Of a stretch of 40,988 bases of DNA, positions 35,839-40,988 are shown one piece after another. Made by a program: the position numbers and the translations under genes. The notes below the pieces were generated by a model. The model had not been told where the DNA came from, made no database searches, and saw only the letters and a program-made list of their open reading frames with translations. Origin of the DNA: Synergistaceae bacterium (lineage in GTDB: Bacteria > Synergistota > Synergistia > Synergistales > Synergistaceae); NCBI GenBank assembly GCA_031290815.1, contig JAISLO010000006.1:1-40988 (forward strand), in the 5' to 3' direction. Numbering within the stretch: position 1 is the stretch's first letter; every line of letters begins with the position of its first letter.

Positions 35839-37339
35839 TAAAAACAGCGAGATGAAGCTGATAGTGAACGTGGCCGATCCAGAGGAGATGAGGATCGCCA
35901 TCCTGGACGAACGCGGAAGGCTGGATAACCTGTATATCGAGCGGATGCTCGAGAGGCAGAGGGCAGGGGAGATCTACAAGGCGAGGGTGGACAGCGTGCT
36001 TCCGGGAATGAACGCCGCATTCCTCAGCCTCGGTGACGGAAGAAACGGTTTTTTGTATTTGAACGACGTCAGGGACATGACGGTCAAACCGGGGATGGAC
36101 ATGGTGGTGCAGGTGCTGAAGACACCTAGAAGGGGCAAGGGCGCCAGGGTCTCTCCCCGAGTGTCGCTCGCCGGACGCTATCTAGTGCTGGTCCCCTATA
36201 ACAACGACGTCGGCGTGTCAAAGAGGATAGAAAACGACGACGAGAGAGCCCGTCTCAGGAGCCTCGCGCGGCGCTTGCGGCCCGATGGATTTGGAATAAT
36301 AGTGCGGACGGTGGCGGAGTTTTGCGACGAGGAGAGCCTGGCGCGCGATGTGAACGAGTTGATGGAGAACTGGGCGGAGGTTGAGAGGAAGGCAAAGAAG
36401 AACAGCGCGCCGTGCCTTTTGAACAGGGACATAGGGCTGGTGGAGAGAATACTGCGCGACGAACTCACTGACAGCATTGGGGAGATAGTGGTGGACTCCT
36501 CAGACGAATATGATAACATTTCGTCGTTCCTGCAGAGACTGACGGACGACCTCAAGCCCGAGCTCACCCTCTACAAGGGGAGCCTGCCGATATTTGACGT
36601 CTACGGAGTCGAGCGAGCCATAGAGGATCTGCATGACCGCAAGGTGTGGCTCCCCAGCGGAGCGTACCTCGTCATAGATCAGACGGAGGCCCTGACTGTG
36701 ATAGACGTGAACACCGGCAAGTTCATCGGGTCGAAGGACCTCCAGGATACCGTCTTTCACACCAACTCGGAGGCGGCGGAGGAGATTGCCAGACAGCTCC
36801 GGCTGAGGGCCATCGGGGGCATCGTGGTGATCGACTTCATAGACATGGAGAGCCAGGAGTACAGAGAAAAGCTCGTCGAACAGCTCCAGGAACTGTTTCG
36901 CGGGGACAGGTGCAAGGCCAGGGTTTACGGGGTGACCGCGCTGGGGCTCGTCGAGATCACGCGCAAGCGGGCCAGGCTCGACATGCGCTCTGTCATGAGC
37001 CGGGGCTGTCCGTTCTGCGGCGGTCTGGGCTGGGTCGACAAGGAGGAAACCGTGGCGATGAAGGTGAAGCGATTCCTCCGCAAGGCGGTGCTCGGCTCGC
37101 ACTCGGAGGCTTTCGTCGTCGAACTGCATACGACCATAGCGCGGTATATCGCGGAGACATACCTCTCATCCTGGGAGGAGGAATTCGACAGGAGGTTCTA
37201 CCTCGTCGAGTGTCCGGACTTTGGGTGGGACAAGTTCAGAATAGACTTTCAGGGCACCCTGACGCGAATCGTGCACCGCGTCGAACTCATGGAGCGCCGA
37301 GAGGATCGCGTAGTTGTACATAGCACGACTTCAGCTTAA
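35825..37339 (+). CDS. rng: Rne/Rng-family ribonuclease (RNase G-like)
   Basis: 504 aa. S1 domain (GEIYKARVDSVLPGMNAAFLSLG), DNase-I-like/5'-sensor region (LTVIDVNTGKF, GGIVVIDFIDM), Zn-link CPFCGG. Overlaps the upstream gene by 14 nt. Confidence 0.92.
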   Translation: MSRSDKNSEMKLIVNVADPEEMRIAILDERGRLDNLYIERMLERQRAGEIYKARVDSVLPGMNAAFLSLGDGRNGFLYLNDVRDMTVKPGMDMVVQVLKTPRRGKGARVSPRVSLAGRYLVLVPYNNDVGVSKRIENDDERARLRSLARRLRPDGFGIIVRTVAEFCDEESLARDVNELMENWAEVERKAKKNSAPCLLNRDIGLVERILRDELTDSIGEIVVDSSDEYDNISSFLQRLTDDLKPELTLYKGSLPIFDVYGVERAIEDLHDRKVWLPSGAYLVIDQTEALTVIDVNTGKFIGSKDLQDTVFHTNSEAAEEIARQLRLRAIGGIVVIDFIDMESQEYREKLVEQLQELFRGDRCKARVYGVTALGLVEITRKRARLDMRSVMSRGCPFCGGLGWVDKEETVAMKVKRFLRKAVLGSHSEAFVVELHTTIARYIAETYLSSWEEEFDRRFYLVECPDFGWDKFRIDFQGTLTRIVHRVELMERREDRVVVHSTTSA

Positions 37340-40300
37340 GGATTTCAAGAGTTTCGGCGGGTCTCACGATCTGAGGCTCGAACATGGCATGACGGCCATT
37401 GTAGGCCCAAACGGCAGCGGGAAGAGCAATCTGCTCGACGCGCTGAGATGGGTGCTGGGCGATACCCACGCGACAAAGCTCAGAATAACGAATCAAGGAG
37501 GGCTCATATTCCACGGCTCGTCATCCCGGCCGCCGGCGGCGGAGGCTGAGGTCTCCGTGCAGCTGAAGGAGGACATGAGGCTCTGCACGATAAAAAGGCG
37601 CGTGTCCGACTCCGGCGCCGTAGTCACAGTCGACGGTTCGCGCGTGACGCTGTCCGATCTCGACGAGGTGAAGCGCAGGTGGCAGCTTGCGGGCGACAGG
37701 TTCGCCTTCATAGGGCAGGGAGACGTGGCGGACGTCATCCAGCAGCGCCCGACCGGCCGCAGGGTCCTGCTTGAATCCCTGTTCGGCATAGACGAGTACC
37801 GGAAGAAACGCGCCGACGCCGCGGAGAGGCTCAGGGAGGCCGGGGAGGAGTACAACAGACTGCGGATATTCCTCGCCGAGTTATCGGCGAGACGGAGTGA
37901 GATCGCTCCCGAGGTCGAGAGGGCATCCGCGGCGAGGGAGATACTCGACCTGCTCGACCAGGACAGAAAACTGCTCTACTGGACGAGGCGCGCCGCGTGC
38001 GAGAGAACCCTTGCCAGCGCGGCGAGCGAGAGGGACGCGCTGGAGAGCGCGCTGAGGAGGCGTGAGCGGTGGAAGGGGCTCTGGGAGAGGGGTCTGGCGT
38101 TCCTGGAGGGGAACATCGCCGAGCTGTCACAGACGAGGCAGACGCAGGTTCGAGAACTGGAGGTCACCAAGACCAACCTGTCAAACATAACCAGGACGGC
38201 CTACGGACACGGGGCCGCGCTTACGTCATCGCGCCGCAGGATGTCGCAGATCGCTGAGGAACGGGTGGGGCTGGCGGAAAAGCTCGAATCGTTGAAGGCC
38301 GAGAGCGATAGGCTGAACAAGGAGGCCAGAAAGGGTTCCAGAGAGCTCGAAGGGCTTCGAAAAAAACTGGCCGAGGTTGAGGAGAGCTGCAGGATACAGG
38401 AGGAATCGGCGAAGCTCGCACGCGAGGCCAGAGAGCGGGCAAACCGTGAGCGCGGCGAGATCGACGGGGAGATGGCGACCTTGAAGGGGCGGATGAAATC
38501 GCTCGGACTGGCCTTGAGGGATGCCCGCGGCGGGGCCGCTGACAGCCCTGACCAGGCGGATGAATCGATGAGGGCGATAAAGCTGGAGATGGATGAGCTG
38601 GAGCGCCGCAATGCAGAGCTTCTCGACGCGCAGGAGGACGAGGCTTCGCGCTATCGCGACGTGTACGCGAATCTCCAAAGGACATCTGCCGATCTTCAAA
38701 GGGCCAGAAAGGAGTCGTTCAAGGCAAACGGACGGCTCTCAGGGCTTCAGGATCAAGCTCAGACGGAAATGTATCCCAGCCAGGTTCAGCACATCCTGTC
38801 GGCGGCGAAACTCGGCCGGCTTGACGCGCGTCCCTGCGCGGTGATCGACGCGTTCACGTGTCCGGTCGAGCTTGCGGCCGCGGTGGAGGCCTTTCTGGGC
38901 GGCAGGCAGTTCTGGCTGCTTCTCGACACGATGGACGAGGTTGGGGTCTGCATCGAAGCGCTCAAGAAGAAAGCTATGGGGAGGGCGACATTTCTCCCCC
39001 TCGAACGAAGCCGCCCGAGACAGCGCGACGCCTCCGGCAGACTGCCGAGGGAGGGGATCGTCGGATGGGCGATGGACTTGATCAAAACCGACGGCCACTG
39101 GCGAGCGTGCATAGAGCACATCATGGGCGATCTCCTGATAGCGGAGGATTACAGGACGGGGCAGGCGCTCGTGCGCGGCGGATTCAGGTGTCCCGTCGCG
39201 ACACTGGACGGCGAGGTATTTCAGCCCGGCGGCGCTATATCCGGTGGACGCGCTCAAAAGCCTGGAAGGGCGATAGAGATAAAGTCCGAGATATCGAGGT
39301 TGGAGGCGGATGCGGAGACCGCCCGCCGCCTCGTGGACACCCTCACGTTGGAGTTCTCCAAGCTCGAGGAAGAGGAGGCCCTGGCCTCGGCCAAGAAGGA
39401 GTCCATCTCGGCGGAGATCAGGGCGCTGTCGTCTAAGCGCAGCGAGCTCGACTCCCGGAGGGAGGAGATCGTAAAGCGCAGGGCCCGCCTCAAGAGCGAA
39501 CTCGAATCCATTGCCGCCTCTCTGAAGGAGGGGGCCCGTGTATATGCCGACCTTGCCCGCAGGAGGAGAGAGCTCCGTTCGGTTGCGCCCGAAAACGCCG
39601 GAGAGGTCGATATCGGCTTGATGAAGGAGACAGAGCGTCTCAAGAGCGGCGTAGCCGTCGCCGAGGAGAAGGGAAGATCGTCCTTTGTCATCTTGGAGAG
39701 GGTCATGTCGGAGATAAGGCAGACCGAAAAGGCCATGGCGGACCTGGACGAGGAGATGTCGTCGTGCGAGCAGGACGCGATGACCAACACGGCAAGCCTC
39801 AGAAGGCTTGCCGCGCGTTATGCGGAGGTCGCGGCCAGGAGGAGGTCGCTTGCGGGCGAGATGGCTGGATTCGTTGAAAGATACGAGGCGATCTCCGTCA
39901 GGCGTGATCGGAGGAGGGAGCGATTGGAGACGGCCAAGTCGGCCTGCCAGGCGGCGTCTTCGGATTTGACGGCCTGCGGCGTGAAGATTGCGGATTGCTC
40001 CAGGGAGAGGGGAGAGCTCATCCAGACATGGGAGGAACAATACCCATACGCCGGTCAGGAGAACACGTGCGGCGACAACCCCGATGATCTGAGGCGCTCG
40101 ATCAGGGAGCGGGAGAGGAGCTTGAGGTCGCTCGGCGAGGTGGACATGGGCGTGCTCTCCGAGGACAGAAATTTGAAGGATCGCATGGCCTTCCTGGAGG
40201 ACAATCTCGACGACGTCGACAAGAGCATGAAGGAGCTGGACAGGATCATATCCGATGCGGACAGACAGGCCCGGATTGTCTTCACCGAGGCGTTGGATGA

Positions 40301-40733
40301 GATAGACAAGAAGTTCAACTCGCTGTTTCAGCGCCTCTTCACCGGCGGCGACGCCAGGCTCGAGATGATAGAGGGCGAGTCGTTGTGGGACAGCGGCGTC
40401 GACGTGATCGCAAGACCACCCGGCAAGTATCCGGCCGGAATCGGGCAGTTGTCCGGAGGAGAGCAGTCCCTGTCGGCGATTGCCCTGCTCTTCGCGTCTC
40501 TCGAAGTGGCCCAGTGTCCCATAGCCGTCCTCGACGAAGTAGACGCGGCCCTGGATGAGGTGAACCTGCGGCGGTTCGCCGACCTCACGAGGGAGACGTC
40601 AAAGGAGCGGCAGATATTGGTGATGACTCACAGGCGCGTCACCATGGAACGGGCCGGCGTGCTCTACGGCGTGACCCTGGCCGAGCCGGGCCTCTCAAAG
40701 GTGATCGGCGTCCGGGTGGAGGATTGGGCATAA
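37314..40733 (+). CDS. smc: Chromosome partition protein SMC
   Basis: 1139 aa. TTG start giving MYIARLQLKDFKSFGG, Walker A GPNGSGKSN, long Glu/Arg/Leu coiled coils, hinge FQPGGAISGG, signature LSGGEQSLSAIALLF, Walker B AVLDEVDAALD. Overlaps rng by 26 nt. SD GAGAGGA. Confidence 0.95.
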   Translation: MYIARLQLKDFKSFGGSHDLRLEHGMTAIVGPNGSGKSNLLDALRWVLGDTHATKLRITNQGGLIFHGSSSRPPAAEAEVSVQLKEDMRLCTIKRRVSDSGAVVTVDGSRVTLSDLDEVKRRWQLAGDRFAFIGQGDVADVIQQRPTGRRVLLESLFGIDEYRKKRADAAERLREAGEEYNRLRIFLAELSARRSEIAPEVERASAAREILDLLDQDRKLLYWTRRAACERTLASAASERDALESALRRRERWKGLWERGLAFLEGNIAELSQTRQTQVRELEVTKTNLSNITRTAYGHGAALTSSRRRMSQIAEERVGLAEKLESLKAESDRLNKEARKGSRELEGLRKKLAEVEESCRIQEESAKLAREARERANRERGEIDGEMATLKGRMKSLGLALRDARGGAADSPDQADESMRAIKLEMDELERRNAELLDAQEDEASRYRDVYANLQRTSADLQRARKESFKANGRLSGLQDQAQTEMYPSQVQHILSAAKLGRLDARPCAVIDAFTCPVELAAAVEAFLGGRQFWLLLDTMDEVGVCIEALKKKAMGRATFLPLERSRPRQRDASGRLPREGIVGWAMDLIKTDGHWRACIEHIMGDLLIAEDYRTGQALVRGGFRCPVATLDGEVFQPGGAISGGRAQKPGRAIEIKSEISRLEADAETARRLVDTLTLEFSKLEEEEALASAKKESISAEIRALSSKRSELDSRREEIVKRRARLKSELESIAASLKEGARVYADLARRRRELRSVAPENAGEVDIGLMKETERLKSGVAVAEEKGRSSFVILERVMSEIRQTEKAMADLDEEMSSCEQDAMTNTASLRRLAARYAEVAARRRSLAGEMAGFVERYEAISVRRDRRRERLETAKSACQAASSDLTACGVKIADCSRERGELIQTWEEQYPYAGQENTCGDNPDDLRRSIRERERSLRSLGEVDMGVLSEDRNLKDRMAFLEDNLDDVDKSMKELDRIISDADRQARIVFTEALDEIDKKFNSLFQRLFTGGDARLEMIEGESLWDSGVDVIARPPGKYPAGIGQLSGGEQSLSAIALLFASLEVAQCPIAVLDEVDAALDEVNLRRFADLTRETSKERQILVMTHRRVTMERAGVLYGVTLAEPGLSKVIGVRVEDWA

Positions 40734-40740
40734 AACCCCC

Positions 40741-40759
40741 GCGTTCGGGAAACGAACGC
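40741..40759 (+). terminator. Short hairpin just after smc
   Basis: GCGTTCG-GGAAA-CGAACGC, 7 nt after the stop and followed by ATTGCTTTAT. A modest stem with a weak T-tract. Confidence 0.4.
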
Positions 40760-40988
40760 ATTGCTTTATAAAATGTCCCGGGAGACTTGAAGGATCTTCC
40801 GAGTCATGCCGCAAAAGGGTTGTGCCAGTTCGCTCGGGGAGCCAAGGAAAAACCAAAATCGGGAAATATCATATTGCGGTTTGCGATAAAATATGCTAAA
40901 TTCAACGTTCAAATCGATCATGCGAGTGACAGCAATGCTTCGCGGCGTTCGATTCGTCTGCGTGTCAGCCGGCGCACTTGACGTTTAT

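Noticed and set aside
38739-40040. 433-aa minus-strand ORF, plus several ORFs of 100-180 aa, inside smc
   Set aside because: Antisense to the SMC coiled-coil and hinge. The repetitive GAG/CGC-rich coding sequence keeps the opposite frames open, and the product is Arg/Leu/Pro low complexity.

Overview
A 41-kb, GC-rich, densely coding chromosomal segment that is mostly core housekeeping. I found no mobile element, CRISPR array, defence island or obvious horizontally acquired block. All assignments come from reading the supplied translations and motifs; no database search was run.

Gene content:
- Minus strand, 1-9120: a cell-envelope block. It holds csaB (runs off the left edge and is missing from the ORF track), a translationally coupled large polytopic membrane protein (DUF5693-like), an orphan 344-aa prepilin-type protein, and a tolC/macA/ABC-ATPase/FtsX-permease tripartite efflux operon.
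- Plus strand, 9483-18161: a divergent NarL/LuxR-type two-component system, two tRNA-Ser genes, a small membrane protein, and carA-carB.
- 18227-25942: an SLH-domain OmpM-like outer-membrane porin, a DUF3793-flavodoxin pair, a gltS-like/AbgB-like amidohydrolase operon, and a divergent regulator.
- 26152-40733: a long plus-strand morphogenesis and division block (mreB-mreC-mreD-mrdA-minC-minD-minE-rodA), then a TIGR03960/TIGR03936-type radical-SAM pair, rng and smc.

TolC, an SLH-anchored beta-barrel and csaB together suggest a diderm that tethers its outer membrane through SLH domains (Synergistota/Negativicutes-like). This is an inference.

The most unusual feature is carB. Its ORF continues without a stop for 278 more codons into a full-length DapF (diaminopimelate epimerase) homologue. 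In that domain both catalytic cysteines are serines and several substrate-binding residues are changed.

Secondary points of interest are the orphan prepilin-like gene beside the secondary-cell-wall-polymer genes, and a densely repeated 257-bp divergent control region at 24360-24616. I would not call any of this a complete novel multi-gene system.
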